From assembly GCA_030704615.1 (NCBI GenBank), contig CM060732.1, positions 50,468,001 to 50,532,000 on the forward strand: DNA of 64,000 bases. Direction: 5' to 3'. Below the pieces are notes generated by a model, which ran no database searches, was not told the origin of the DNA, and saw only the letters and a program-made list of their open reading frames with translations. The stretch's first letter is position 1. Each line of letters opens with the position of its first letter. Position numbers and translations under genes: made by a program. This DNA is from Takakia lepidozioides. Its lineage: Eukaryota > Plantae > Bryophyta. Shown here in pieces: positions 63,501-64,000 of this stretch.

Positions 63501-64000
63501 CCAAGGGATTGCCCCGCGCCTTCCCAGCCCAGCCAACATCCTTCGTGCCGAACTCATGGCCATCCATGATGCCATCATCCAACTCCCCTCACTCCCCCCA
63601 CCCCACTATATCTTTATTGATAGCCTTACCTCACTATTTCTCATCCGTAACCACCTCTCCCGCCCTTCTTCACATCACCACCACCCTGACCGGAACCTCA
63701 TCGCCACCATCGTCCATCTTGCTATCTCCTTGAACCAACCCATCCATCTTCTCAAAGTTCGCTCGCACACTCACTATCAATGCTGGAACCTACCAGGGCA
63801 GGCCCCTGGACCACACTATACCCTCATGGCTACTGCCATGCTCCTGCCGATCACTCCCACCCTGTACATGCCCCGCCAGACTCTGTCCGGACATTCTACT
63901 AGTGCATGGGCTGCCCATAAACGCACCACCGCCTAGCACCCCATCCCCAAACCTCAGCATCACTTTATCGAATTCACATACTGTAATGACCGCTACCCCA
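57600..64000 (+). mobile_element. Decayed long non-LTR retrotransposon (APE-RT-RNase H), Dualen/RandI-like; runs off the window
   Basis: APE: ITSWNVGSL, IILAGDFNRD, LIDGFY, SDHYHI. RT: KAPGPDLIPN, WKHSRTILLYKK, RGTI.GDTLSPYLFIIFLEPLLRWI, YADDLAII. RNase H: YTDGS, ILRAELMAI, IFIDSLTSL, LLKVRSHT. Strongly C-rich plus strand. Confidence 0.85.

Overview
Nuclear DNA from an early-diverging land plant (bryophyte, lycophyte or fern; inferred from PPR style, spliceosomal introns and TE types). No intact host gene is evident. The window is mostly scrambled fragments of one PLS-class PPR-E-DYW RNA-editing-factor family. Reading across introns, the progenitor appears to carry N-terminal tandem PDF motifs (WWDNR..K|.P..PDFKHK...LW...P.WV), the ssDNA-binding motif of organellar OSB/PTAC9 proteins, fused to the PPR array. 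From ~7 to ~32 kb these fragments lie almost all on the minus strand and are punctuated by four head-to-tail junctions of a Helentron/Helitron2-like rolling-circle element (~7077, ~22981, ~28395, ~31852-31862). One unit keeps a decayed DUF6570-like/PIF1 helicase/Ulp1 protease region lacking the Rep domain. Intron-containing pieces of NTRC, NUP50-like and NF-YB11/DPB4-like genes lie in the same orientation, as expected for Helitron capture. Also present: a ~178-bp tandem repeat, Ty3/Gypsy remnants, CACTA, MULE-like and pogo remnants, an L1/Tx1-like LINE, and a long decayed LINE (APE-RT-RNase H, Dualen/RandI-like) with a 2A-like NPGP motif and a PCIF1-like methyltransferase motif. All domain calls are by eye from remembered family motifs; no searches were run and many boundaries are approximate.
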